This document shows positions 1 through 10,626 of a stretch of 42,560 bases of DNA, piece after piece. Origin of the DNA: Dehalococcoidales bacterium (GTDB lineage: Bacteria; Chloroflexota; Dehalococcoidia; Dehalococcoidales; UBA5760); NCBI GenBank assembly GCA_028717305.1, contig JAQUOC010000001.1, forward strand, positions 1 to 42,560. The letters run 5' to 3'. The position numbers and the translations under genes are program-made. Numbering within the stretch: position 1 is the first letter of the stretch; each line of letters begins with the position of its first letter. Under the pieces are notes generated by a model. That model saw only the letters and a list, made by a program, of their open reading frames with translations, did not search any database and was not told the origin of the DNA.

Positions 1-874
1 CGAAAGCCATTCGTAAGAGATGTCGCTGAAGTGCAGGGGATAATTTGATGAAGCTTTCCTTGCCCAGGATAATAGCGCTATCCTGGCTCCGGGCAATTCC
101 CCTCCATAACCGTTCGCCTGCTTCCTCAAGGAAAGCGATGTCACCGGCGGCAATGCGGGCCGTTCTCAATATCGCCTGTTCTATCCTCGGGTTATAGCTC
201 CTGAGGAGAGGTAGCAGTTGATGGCGTATCTTATTTCTCAGGGGAGATAGTGAAAAATTGGAGGTATCAGTCTTGGGTTTGAGTTCGTGCTCCTGACAGT
301 AGCCGGTGGTTTCCCTACGGCTTACGGTGAGGAGGGGTCTGATTACGGCAAGATCTCCACCGGCCATCCGCCACTTTAGATATGGCTTTAGTCCTTGCAG
401 TCCTGTGATACCAGTCCCTCGTACCAGGTGCATCAGTATCGTCTCTACATTGTCATCACTGGTGTGTCCTACCGCTACCCGGTCTGCTCCCACCGACCTG
501 GCTGTCTCAGCTAGGAAGGTATAGCGTACCTCACGGGAGGCTTCCTCCAGTGAGATGCGTTTTTCTGCTTGGTGTCTTGCGACATCACCTCTCTCCACCG
601 TAGCCGGGATACCGATCTGGCGGGCCATCTCGTCGACGTAGCGAGCATCATCCTCAGATTCGTTGCCGCGCAACTGATGGTTGAGGTGAGCTAAGTGCAG
701 TCTGATACCAAGCTCGTCTTTCAGTCTGAGCAGTATGTGCAGCAGGCAGACTGAGTCCGGACCGCCGGATACCGCTACCAGCAAGCAGGAGTCTACCGGT
801 ACCAGGTGGTGTTCCCTAATGAATTCAAGTACCCTCAGTTCCAGCGGTTTTTTAGTATCCTGATTCTCCTTCAT
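1..874 (-). CDS. tilS: tRNA(Ile)-lysidine synthetase, N-terminal ~290 aa (3' end lies beyond the left edge)
   Basis: Absent from the ORF track because it has no stop in the window. My reverse-strand translation from the ATG at 872-874 reads MKENQDTKKPLELRVLEFIREHHLVPVDSCLLVAVSGGPDSVCLLHILLRLKDELGIRLHLAHLNHQLRG... It carries the PP-loop SGGxDS motif and TilS-like downstream blocks (GHTSDDNVETILMHLVRGTG). Confidence 0.8.
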   Translation of the reverse strand, partial: MKENQDTKKPLELRVLEFIREHHLVPVDSCLLVAVSGGPDSVCLLHILLRLKDELGIRLHLAHLNHQLRGNESEDDARYVDEMARQIGIPATVERGDVARHQAEKRISLEEASREVRYTFLAETARSVGADRVAVGHTSDDNVETILMHLVRGTGITGLQGLKPYLKWRMAGGDLAVIRPLLTVSRRETTGYCQEHELKPKTDTSNFSLSPLRNKIRHQLLPLLRSYNPRIEQAILRTARIAAGDIAFLEEAGERLWRGIARSQDSAIILGKESFIKLSPALQRHLLRMAF

Positions 875-1540
875 CTATGAGCTCCCGCTTTGCTGGACTG
901 TCTTTAGTATCAGTTTGGTGCGGTGTATTGATTGGGGCTGCTCACTGAAGCCAAGGGCGAGGGAGACCTGCTCCGGCCTTCCCGCTCCGTTGCTGTCGCA
1001 GCGTAGTTTCATACCAATTGTGCAGCAGGTAGGGGCCCAGTCTATAAGCCACAGGTCGGAAATTAGTACTCTGAGATCGTAGCTACGTTTGCCGGTGTCT
1101 CTCTGGTGCTGCCAGGGCAGGTGCTCGGCGGAAAGCAGTCCGGTGATATTTGCTTCTATCTCCTTTGCCTCCTTGTCGGTTTCTATGGTGACCACGTATT
1201 CGGCGAAGCTGGTCTGTGATTGCAGCGAGGGTTGCTGAGGAGAGATGGGGTGTACCTGTAATATCTCGATACCCGGTGGTAGCTGCCGGCTCAAGGCTGC
1301 GCTGAAGAAGTGGGGAGAGACCGGCATGTCTAGGAAGATGTCGGCGAGCTCGGCTTCGCTGGTCACCCCGATGGCTAGCGGCATAGCCATTGATATTTGG
1401 GGGTGGGGGCTGAACCCTTTTGAGTAGGCCAGCGGGAGTCTTGCCCGGTGCAGCGCTCTCTGCCATAGGCGTATCAAATCAAGGTGGGAGATAAACTTTA
1501 TTTCCTCGCCACGTTTAAACCTAACTCTGAGGCGGAACAT
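875..1540 (-). CDS. DUF2344 / TIGR03936-type radical-SAM-linked protein
   Basis: 221-aa ORF. The N-terminus FRLRVRFKRGEEIKFISHLDLIRLWQRALHRARLPLAYSKGFSPHPQISMAMPL matches the signature of this family as I remember it. Confidence 0.65.
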   Translation of the reverse strand: MFRLRVRFKRGEEIKFISHLDLIRLWQRALHRARLPLAYSKGFSPHPQISMAMPLAIGVTSEAELADIFLDMPVSPHFFSAALSRQLPPGIEILQVHPISPQQPSLQSQTSFAEYVVTIETDKEAKEIEANITGLLSAEHLPWQHQRDTGKRSYDLRVLISDLWLIDWAPTCCTIGMKLRCDSNGAGRPEQVSLALGFSEQPQSIHRTKLILKTVQQSGSS

Positions 1541-2807
1541 TCTGCTTTTGCTTTTCCTTGGTCAGCAGGACCTCTTCTATTTTCAGCCCGCGCATCTTGG
1601 TTATCACTATCTTTAAGCCCTTGTATTTTAACTGTTCTCCTCGTCTCGGGATATGTCCCAGTAGATTGAGGATGAAGCCGGCTACTGTCTCGTAGTCTTC
1701 TCCATCGGGTAGTCCGAGCTGCATTTCTTCATTAGCTTCATCGATACGCATACTGCCGTCAACCTGGAATGTGTATTCGTTGATCGCTTCGTATTCCTTT
1801 TCTATATTGGCCAACTCGTCGCCGACCTGACCGACGATTTCTTCGACCAGCCGGCTTAGACTGACCACGCCAGCGGTACCGCCGTACTCATCTACAATTA
1901 CCGCCATGCGATAGTTGTTGTCCCTCATCTCGGCAAAGAGTTCGTTGATCCGTTTAGTCTCCGGGGTAAAGTAGGCGGGGCGGACGAGGTCATCGATGCT
2001 GCTTTTTTTGTCGATATTGCCCTTGGCAAGTGCCAACAGCACGTCCTTGATGGAGAGTATACCGACCACGTTGTCCATGTTCTCCTTGTATACCGGAAAG
2101 CGAGAAAGGGGTGATTCAGCATAGGTAGTGAGAAAATCTGATACTGTCGAGCCCTGCTCTATGGCCATCACCTCCGGCCGTGGTATCATAACCTCCAGAA
2201 CCGGCCGGTTACCGAAGTCAAAAACGTTGTGCAACATCTCCGCCTCAGCTTCTTCAACTGTTCCCTCCTTATGCCCTACCGATATCATAGTACGGATTTC
2301 CTCTTCACTGACCAGCGATCGTGATACCGGCTCCCCGCCGGCAATCTTGCTTAGCCTGGTGGCTATTGAACTCAGCGCCAGCACAGCGGGGGTAAAAACC
2401 GCCTGGGCTATCTCTACTGCCCGCGCTGTTCTCATCGCCGTTCTTTCGGCATTGTGAGCGGCGATGATTTTGGGAGTCGTTTCACAGAATATCAGGAGTA
2501 TGATGGTCATTCCTATCGTGGCAATTAGAATGCCCCGCTCCCCCCAGAAAGATACGGCGAGTACTGTAGCCAGTGATGCCGCTGCCGTATTGACCAGGTT
2601 GTTGCCGGTCAGGATAGCGGAGAGCAGCTTCTCCGGGTGCTGCATCATTCTGGCTATCCGTGCCGCACCGGGCACTTTGGTGCTGACCAGGTGCTCGACC
2701 CTTATCCTCTGCAGGGCGGTAAAGGCTGTTTCCGAACTGGAGAAGAAGGCGGACAGCAAGAGACAGACGATGAGGATAACCAGATATACCGTTTCTGTGG
2801 TATTCAT
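1521..2807 (-). CDS. CNNM/HlyC/CorC-family transporter (DUF21 membrane domain + CBS pair + CorC_HlyC domain)
   Basis: 428 aa. It has a hydrophobic N-terminal DUF21-like region, a central CBS-pair region (VMIPRPEVMAIE..., VVGILSIKDVL), and a C-terminal transporter-associated block (FQVDGSMRIDEANEEMQLGLPDGEDYETVAGFILNLLGHIPRRGE). Confidence 0.85.
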   Translation of the reverse strand: MNTTETVYLVILIVCLLLSAFFSSSETAFTALQRIRVEHLVSTKVPGAARIARMMQHPEKLLSAILTGNNLVNTAAASLATVLAVSFWGERGILIATIGMTIILLIFCETTPKIIAAHNAERTAMRTARAVEIAQAVFTPAVLALSSIATRLSKIAGGEPVSRSLVSEEEIRTMISVGHKEGTVEEAEAEMLHNVFDFGNRPVLEVMIPRPEVMAIEQGSTVSDFLTTYAESPLSRFPVYKENMDNVVGILSIKDVLLALAKGNIDKKSSIDDLVRPAYFTPETKRINELFAEMRDNNYRMAVIVDEYGGTAGVVSLSRLVEEIVGQVGDELANIEKEYEAINEYTFQVDGSMRIDEANEEMQLGLPDGEDYETVAGFILNLLGHIPRRGEQLKYKGLKIVITKMRGLKIEEVLLTKEKQKQNVPPQS

Positions 2808-2945
2808 ATATCATCACCCCATTCTTATAAACAGATTGAAGGTCCCATTTTTCCCCTTTGCAGTCCATCATAGCATTGGCTATTAGGGGTGTCAAAAGGT
2901 GGACATTGTCTCAAGACGGGTAACCTGTGCTATAATTTCGGGAGT

Positions 2946-3923
2946 ATGAAGATCTTGGGTATTGAGACCTCCTGCGATGAGACGGCGGCTGCGGTGGTTG
3001 AGGATGGTACCGTCATATTATCCAACAAGATTGCCTCGCAGGTAGAGATCCATGCCCGGTATGGCGGGATTGTTCCCGAGGTTGCCTCCCGGCAGCATAT
3101 CCTGAGTATTATTCCGATAGTTGAGCAGGCGATGACTGAGGCTGGAGTCAGATGGGAGGACTTAGCGGCTGTCGCCGTTACTATCGGCCCCGGATTGGCC
3201 GGTTCGCTTCTGGTGGGAGCGAATACAGCCAAGGCGATTGCCTTTGCTCATGGTCTACCCCTCGTCGGCGTCAATCACCTTGAGGGGCATATCTATGCCG
3301 GTTGGCTCAGTTGCCGGAGTATTGGTTTTCCTATTTTGTGTCTTATCGTCTCCGGCGGTCACAGCGACCTGGTACTGATGAAGGGGCATGGGGATTATGT
3401 GCTGTTAGGAATGACAAGAGACGATGCCGCCGGCGAGGCCTTCGATAAAGCGGCCAGAATTCTGGGCTTGGGTTATCCTGGTGGCCCTGCCATTGAGCAG
3501 GCGGCGGCAGGCGGCTCTGATTGCCTAAACCTGCCGCGCGCTTGGCTGAGAGGTAGTAATGACTTCAGCTTCAGCGGGGTAAAGACCGCTTTGCTGCGGT
3601 TGGCGGAGGAAGGGCAGTTATCATCAGCGGTGGATGCGGCGGCTTCCTTTCAGAAAGCGGTGGTTGATGTTCTGGTTGCTAAAACTGTAGCTGTTGCAGC
3701 AAAACACCATGTAAAGCATATTCTGCTGGTTGGTGGGGTGGCGTCGAACAAATTTCTCCGTCGGCAGATGGTGAGGGCCTCTCCGGTAACGGTGCTGATT
3801 CCCGAGCCTATCCTTTGTACCGATAATGCGGCTATGATTGCTGCCTGTGGATACTACCGTCTCCAGGCCGGTAAGGTGGATGATCTGGGACTGGATGTGT
3901 TCCCCTCCTTGAGACTATCTTAG
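2946..3923 (+). CDS. tsaD: tRNA N6-adenosine threonylcarbamoyltransferase
   Basis: [18 protein letters not shown]..., HLEGH and GGVASN motifs. I trimmed the track ORF (GTG at 2889) to the ATG at 2946, which follows GGGAG. Confidence 0.9.
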   Translation: MKILGIETSCDETAAAVVEDGTVILSNKIASQVEIHARYGGIVPEVASRQHILSIIPIVEQAMTEAGVRWEDLAAVAVTIGPGLAGSLLVGANTAKAIAFAHGLPLVGVNHLEGHIYAGWLSCRSIGFPILCLIVSGGHSDLVLMKGHGDYVLLGMTRDDAAGEAFDKAARILGLGYPGGPAIEQAAAGGSDCLNLPRAWLRGSNDFSFSGVKTALLRLAEEGQLSSAVDAAASFQKAVVDVLVAKTVAVAAKHHVKHILLVGGVASNKFLRRQMVRASPVTVLIPEPILCTDNAAMIAACGYYRLQAGKVDDLGLDVFPSLRLS

Positions 3924-4108
3924 AGAGCGGTGTTTGCCCACCCTGTCAGGTTGATGGACTTTCTACGCGGTTATTTGCAGTGTTATTTTTATGCCACTGG
4001 ATAGTGTTGCGGAGTAGATAATCAATTCTTATAGGGAGCAAATGATTGATTTCGTGACTTTAGTCTATATTAATAACCAGGAATGGTTGTAAATACCTTT
4101 CTATGGTG

Positions 4109-4137
4109 TTGCAGCATTTTGTTATATGGGGTATTAT
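4109..4137 (+). promoter_or_regulatory. putative sigma70-type promoter of groES-groEL (-35 TTGCAG, 17-nt spacer, -10 TATTAT)
   Basis: Hexamers at 4109-4114 and 4132-4137, immediately upstream of the CIRCE element. Confidence 0.45.
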
Positions 4138-4142
4138 ATAGA

Positions 4143-4169
4143 TTAGCACTCTCACATCGAGAGTGCTAA
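4143..4169. promoter_or_regulatory. CIRCE operator (HrcA binding site)
   Basis: TTAGCACTC-tcacatcga-GAGTGCTAA is a perfect match to the consensus TTAGCACTC-N9-GAGTGCTAA. It lies 52 nt upstream of the groES start. Confidence 0.9.
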
Positions 4170-4220
4170 AATAATGGCCAAAAGATGGTTCCCAAAAATA
4201 ATCAAGAAGGAGGATTTGGA

Positions 4221-4517
4221 ATGGCAGGAAGTCTGAAGCCGTTGGCTGACCGGGTTGTAGTCAAACCAATCGAGCGGGAGAGAGTGAGTAAGGGGGGCAT
4301 TGTTCTCCCTGATACCGCTAAGGAGAAACCTCAGGAGGGAGAGGTTATTGCGGTTGGAGAGGGCAGGTTATCCGAAGATGGCAAGCGGATACCCATGGAT
4401 GTCAAGGTTGGCGATATCGTAATCTACGCCAAGTACGGTGGTACCGAGATTAAGATTGAAGACGAAGAGTTTATGATTTTACGTGAGAGCGATATTCTGG
4501 CCAAGAAGGCTAAATAA
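4221..4517 (+). CDS. groES: co-chaperonin GroES
   Basis: [20 protein letters not shown]...[28 protein letters not shown] lies 7 nt upstream of the ATG at 4221; the track start at 4185 was trimmed. Confidence 0.93.
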   Translation: MAGSLKPLADRVVVKPIERERVSKGGIVLPDTAKEKPQEGEVIAVGEGRLSEDGKRIPMDVKVGDIVIYAKYGGTEIKIEDEEFMILRESDILAKKAK

Positions 4518-4533
4518 TAAGAAGGCTTAGTAG

Positions 4534-6189
<1,656 letters not shown>

Positions 6190-6213
6190 TTCCCCGTTCC
6201 CATATCGTAACAG

Positions 6214-6255
6214 AAACGGTCGCAGTCAAAACGCTGCGGCCGTTTTGTTTTTATT
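6214..6255 (+). terminator. rho-independent terminator after groEL
   Basis: Stem AACGGTCGCAG / CTGCGGCCGTT (one G-U pair), 8-nt loop, followed by TGTTTTTATT. Confidence 0.7.
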
Positions 6256-6285
6256 GGGGAGGTATCGGGGGATCAGATATTTGTC

Positions 6286-7281
6286 CTAAAGCTGCCGGAA
6301 GCTTTTCAGTTCTTGGAAGTCGATCAGACCGCTTTCGGCCAGGTTTTCTATTTCGATGCCAGCTTCAACGGCTGCAGCCAGGGGATTAAGACCGCCAAGT
6401 TGAACGATACCAACCCGATTCAGGGCTACTGGAATCTGGCAGAGTGGTTCGCTGATATTGCCTAGAGCATAGACTCCATTGATGCCTGCCTCTTTTAGCC
6501 GGGCAATCTTCTGTTCCACGACTTTTCTGGCTGGTGCCGGGATTGTGCGGAAGACACCCAGTATCTTGCCGTTCCCTGTCCTGGCAGCCTCGCCGACATT
6601 GGTCATTTTAGCACGGATGAACTGTTCGGAAGGATCGATAGAGGTGCCGGAATAGTCGATTATGGCCACGAAACGTCTCGGTTTAGAATCCCTGATTTCG
6701 AGAACACCTCCGAATCTGAACTCGGTAGGGATCCCAGCTTTTAGCAGCACACCGTTTACGGCGACGCTGCAAACAGTGGCTAAGCCGACCTTCCCGCTTG
6801 GTACGACTATTGAACCGAGTTTCTCTCCTTCTGATGCTACGGCCACCAAATCGCTGACGCATATGCCGGATTCGAACACGTCCTTCATGGCCGATATCGC
6901 CCTTTTGAACTTATCCTGATTAATGAGTGATGTATTTATTGGTAATTGACCGGATCCTTTTTCGGGGTCGAAAGTGGTCTGGTAGGCTAGCATCTCCAGG
7001 TTCTCACGCACGAAACCAAGGTTCTGGGGGGCTAGTGCTTCTTTGACTTCCTGTTGTCCTTCTGGAGTAATCATCCGGCCGTCGCGTCCCATTGGCTGCG
7101 TGTAACCGCGTTCGTCCGCAATTCTTAAATGATACCTGATTGCTCTCTCACTCAAGAAGATCCCTGCCCGCTCAAGTTCACGTGCAATATTAATCGATCC
7201 CAGAGGTTCTGATGACTCACTCAGTATTTTGAGAATAGCTATTATCTTTCTTTCTGTATCCGAGCTGTTGGCTTGCTCCAT
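6286..7281 (-). CDS. NrpR-like regulator (winged HTH + one DUF128/NrpR regulatory domain)
   Basis: The N-terminus ERKIIAILKILSESSEPLGSINIARELERAGIFLSERAIRYHLRIADERGYTQPMGRDGRMITPEG closely resembles the HTH region of methanogen NrpR as I recall it. The remaining ~250 aa fit a single DUF128 domain. Confidence 0.7.
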   Translation of the reverse strand: MEQANSSDTERKIIAILKILSESSEPLGSINIARELERAGIFLSERAIRYHLRIADERGYTQPMGRDGRMITPEGQQEVKEALAPQNLGFVRENLEMLAYQTTFDPEKGSGQLPINTSLINQDKFKRAISAMKDVFESGICVSDLVAVASEGEKLGSIVVPSGKVGLATVCSVAVNGVLLKAGIPTEFRFGGVLEIRDSKPRRFVAIIDYSGTSIDPSEQFIRAKMTNVGEAARTGNGKILGVFRTIPAPARKVVEQKIARLKEAGINGVYALGNISEPLCQIPVALNRVGIVQLGGLNPLAAAVEAGIEIENLAESGLIDFQELKSFRQL

Positions 7282-7362
7282 TGTGGTCTTGCTGCTCCTG
7301 AAGGTAATTCTGCGCTATTATAACACCTCCGTCCCAAAAACTGAATGGCACCGGATGCATCT

Positions 7363-8136
7363 TCAGAACCGTACCGGGATTCCTCTTCCGTGCAGGTATT
7401 GCTTGGCTTCTCCGATAGAGTATGTTCCGTAATGGAATATGCTGGCAGCCAGAACCGCGTCTGCTTTGCCTGCCATTAGTACTTGATATAAATCCTCCGG
7501 GTTACCAGCGCCGCCGCTGGCGATAACCGGAACGCTTACTGCCTCTGAGACAGCTCGGGTAAGCTCAATATCATATCCTGCCCGGTGACCGTCGGCATCT
7601 ATGCTGGTGAGCAGTAATTCTCCGGCTCCGAGTATCACCGCATGTCTTGCCCAGTACAGAGCATCGATACCGGTCGATTTCTGGCCACTGTGAGTATAGA
7701 CCTCCCACTTGACCGGTTTGCTCCTGGCTACTTTTTTAGCATCTATTGCCACGACAATGCACTGGCTACCGAATTTATCAGCACTCTCTCTGATGAGTGG
7801 TGGGTTAAGTACCGCTGCGGTATTTATCGAGACCTTATCCGCTCCTGCCAGCAACACTCGCTTTAAGTCATCGATATTACGCAGTCCGCCGCCTACTGTA
7901 AGCGGGATAAACACGTTCCGGGATATGTTCTCAATGACTGCAACGATTGTATCTCGTGCTTCCGGCGTAGCTGCTATGTCCAGAAAAACTAATTCGTCAG
8001 CCTTTTCCTGGTAGTAGAAGTTGGCCAGTTCTACGGCATCGCCGGCATAACGTAAGTCGGTGAAACTCATACCCTTCACTACCCGGTCTCCTTTAAAATC
8101 AAGGCAGGGGATGATCCTTTTTGTCAGCATTGGCAA
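7363..8136 (-). CDS. hisF: imidazole glycerol phosphate synthase, cyclase subunit
   Basis: [20 protein letters not shown]..., TVGGG, ASGGAG blocks. 257 aa. Confidence 0.92.
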   Translation of the reverse strand: MPMLTKRIIPCLDFKGDRVVKGMSFTDLRYAGDAVELANFYYQEKADELVFLDIAATPEARDTIVAVIENISRNVFIPLTVGGGLRNIDDLKRVLLAGADKVSINTAAVLNPPLIRESADKFGSQCIVVAIDAKKVARSKPVKWEVYTHSGQKSTGIDALYWARHAVILGAGELLLTSIDADGHRAGYDIELTRAVSEAVSVPVIASGGAGNPEDLYQVLMAGKADAVLAASIFHYGTYSIGEAKQYLHGRGIPVRF

Positions 8137-8165
8137 ATTTCTTCTCCCGCAAAGTTCTGGCTTTT

Positions 8166-8792
8166 CTAGATGTCAAATACCCTATGCGCTAAAGCCAGCT
8201 TTATGAAATTATTGTATATCTTAAGACCTACCTCCCCACTCTTTTCGGGGTGGAACTGGGTTGCTACTAGATTCCCTCTGGTAATTACACTGCAAATTGA
8301 AATACCATACTCTGCCTCGCCGATGACGAGTGATTCATCCTCCGGCCTGGCGTAGTAGCTATGGGCAAAGTAGAAGTTGCTCCTGTTCGGTATACCATCG
8401 AAAATTGGGTGAAGAGACTTCTGATTGACTTGGTTCCAGCCGATTTGGGGAATTTTTACTCCTGGGGAAAGCCGGCGTACTCGTCCGGGAATGATGTCAA
8501 GACACTGCTGTCCTTTGTCTTCTTCGGTATAAGTAAAAAGAAGTTGCATACCGATGCAAATACCCAGGAAAGGGCGGTTGTTTTCGATAAACAAGCGGAG
8601 TGGTGTTATCAATCCTGAAGCCTCCAGATTTTTCATGACATCGCCGGCAGCGCCAACACCGGGAAGAATGATCGCTTCGGCGGTCAGCACATCGCCTGGA
8701 GAGTTGGTCACTATGGCCTGCTGTCCGAGTGTAGAGATGGCATTGAAAACGCTTCTGATATTACCGGCGCCATAGTCAATTATGGTTATCAT
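8166..8792 (-). CDS. hisH: imidazole glycerol phosphate synthase, glutamine amidotransferase subunit
   Basis: [15 protein letters not shown]..., GICIGMQLL (catalytic Cys), FHPEKS. Trimmed from the track start at 8849 to the ATG at 8792. Confidence 0.9.
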   Translation of the reverse strand: MITIIDYGAGNIRSVFNAISTLGQQAIVTNSPGDVLTAEAIILPGVGAAGDVMKNLEASGLITPLRLFIENNRPFLGICIGMQLLFTYTEEDKGQQCLDIIPGRVRRLSPGVKIPQIGWNQVNQKSLHPIFDGIPNRSNFYFAHSYYARPEDESLVIGEAEYGISICSVITRGNLVATQFHPEKSGEVGLKIYNNFIKLALAHRVFDI

Positions 8793-8915
8793 TTCTTCCC
8801 GGTGCTCCCGACTTCTTGATATAATGCCCGATGCAAAATTCGATATCAAATTATTGATAGTTCATCGCCCAACCAGTACATCGGCATACCATTATATAAG
8901 TGATTGTTGAATCAA

Positions 8916-10601
8916 TTATTCGTAGGTTCTTATTCTGCGAGAACCAGTTCCGTAGCCGGTTGATAAACTGAATACGTTAGTATCAACGAGCCTCTCCGGT
9001 CTTCTATTACGGCCCTCGAGAATATCTATCGCTTCCGCTCGGTAGGCATTCATCAGATAAGGGATACCGGTCACCCTGGCACATTCCTCTGTTAGCGACA
9101 TCAGTTCGTCACGCCGTATGGATGGTACGCTGAAACGCCGGGCGCCAGCCATTATCTGTTGTAGTCCCACCTTCATCTTTTCACAGTAGCTGTATATTCC
9201 AATGGCACCCATGGGGATTCTTTTCATCTCGTCTGCACCAACTAAGTCCTTAACTTCTTCGTAGCAGACAAAAATCTCTTCCGGCGTGGATCCGAACTGG
9301 CTTACGGTACCGGGTAGTTCCCCGTTCTTAATCCACTGGTCGATGTTCTTGCCCACCATGGCGGGAATCATCAGGGCTCTGCCCATACACACCGCCTTAA
9401 CAAATGGGGCGCCTAGAGCCAGCGCCTTGAAGATGCCGTCCTCGCTGCTAAAACCACCGGCGAAGGCAATGTCTGGTACACGCTCCCCCCTATGGGCGAG
9501 TCTGTTGGCGAAATCATATGCCGCCGAATGTAAATAGAGGCTGGGCATACCCCATTCTTCCATCATTCGCCACGGGCTCATCCCGGTGCCTCCGGGAGCA
9601 CCATCAATAGTTAAAAGGTCGATATTGGCTCTTGAGCCCCACTTGATTGCCATTGCCAGCTCACGTAGTCCGTAGGCACCCGTTTTTAGGGTAATGCGTC
9701 CGAAACCTAGGTTACGTAGACGCTCGATCTCGATATAGAAGTGCTCTTCGTCGATAAAGCCGAGACGGCTATGGCGTTCAAATTCTTTGAGTGAGCCATC
9801 CTCAAATGATGCTCTGTTTATGGGGTGTGATGGGTCTGGGGTTACGATATAACCACGTCTTTGTAGCTCCAAAGCCCGTTCCAGACTGTCTACTTTTATT
9901 TCCCCTCCGATGCATTTGGCACCCTGACCCCATTTTAGCTCAATGGTATCTAGGCCGTGCTTCCGGCTCACGTATTCAGCGACGCCAAGGCGGGTATCCT
10001 CGACGTTCATCTGGACTAGAATCTCACCGAGACCACGGTGGTAACGGCGGTATGTCTCGATGCGGCGGTCCAGGTCTGGAGACGAAACAATCTTTCCGTT
10101 CCCATCTAGCTCGAGATCAGGATCGATGCCACAGACGTTCTCACCGCAGACGATGGTAATTCCGCTCAAAGCGGCACCGACGGCGACATGTTCCCAGTTC
10201 CGGCGTGCTATCTCCGTAGAGCCCAGCGCTCCGGTAAACACCGGCATAGCCATCTTGACTTTCTCGTTCCAGCCATACTCCGTTTCCGTGTTTACTTCGG
10301 GGAAGATTGCTGTATCAGAGTTACCGGCAATTCCGTCGGGTAGACCATCGACACCCAGGGCATAGCCCTGGATATTCAGGTGTGAGTAATCGATGGGATA
10401 ATTCTTGTCACCCCCAGCAGTAATATCGCCGTAGCGTCCGGGATAGAGCAGTTCCCGGCTGCGAAAACTTGCCTTGAATACCTCGCAGTTTCCGGTGCAA
10501 CCGTCGACACACCGGGTACATAATCCGCTCATTGGTACGATACTCTTGGATCGATTAGCGGTTCTGGTGGCGTCATTAGCATTTGGTCTTTGTAGGTTCA
10601 T
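8916..10601 (-). CDS. FMN-binding glutamate synthase family protein (stand-alone GltB domain-2-like) with N-terminal Cys motif
   Basis: 561 aa with AGGAGG before the ATG. Contains a GAPGGTGMSP block, TIDGAPGGTG and C-terminal GGFSSEDGIFKALALGA typical of the Glu_synthase FMN domain. The N-terminus carries CTRCVDGCTGNC. Confidence 0.75.
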   Translation of the reverse strand: MNLQRPNANDATRTANRSKSIVPMSGLCTRCVDGCTGNCEVFKASFRSRELLYPGRYGDITAGGDKNYPIDYSHLNIQGYALGVDGLPDGIAGNSDTAIFPEVNTETEYGWNEKVKMAMPVFTGALGSTEIARRNWEHVAVGAALSGITIVCGENVCGIDPDLELDGNGKIVSSPDLDRRIETYRRYHRGLGEILVQMNVEDTRLGVAEYVSRKHGLDTIELKWGQGAKCIGGEIKVDSLERALELQRRGYIVTPDPSHPINRASFEDGSLKEFERHSRLGFIDEEHFYIEIERLRNLGFGRITLKTGAYGLRELAMAIKWGSRANIDLLTIDGAPGGTGMSPWRMMEEWGMPSLYLHSAAYDFANRLAHRGERVPDIAFAGGFSSEDGIFKALALGAPFVKAVCMGRALMIPAMVGKNIDQWIKNGELPGTVSQFGSTPEEIFVCYEEVKDLVGADEMKRIPMGAIGIYSYCEKMKVGLQQIMAGARRFSVPSIRRDELMSLTEECARVTGIPYLMNAYRAEAIDILEGRNRRPERLVDTNVFSLSTGYGTGSRRIRTYE

Positions 10602-10626
10602 TGTATTTCCTCCTTCTCTTAAATTA

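Noticed and set aside
306-524. 72-aa plus-strand ORF
   Set aside because: It lies antisense to the tilS reading frame, which has clear PP-loop motifs.
2889-2945. N-terminal extensions proposed by the ORF track, here and at 4185, 8849, 19099, 23657, 25053, 25894, 26150, 29045, 32570 and 36203
   Set aside because: In each case an internal ATG or GTG preceded by a strong GGAGG-type site coincides with the conserved family N-terminus. The upstream codons overlap the neighbouring gene or lack an RBS.
7282-7362. Search for the methanogen NrpR operator GGAA-N6-TTCC here and in 8793-8915 and 13273-13400
   Set aside because: Only GAA-N5-TTC (GAATTACCTTC) was seen upstream of the NrpR-like gene. This is too weak to claim.
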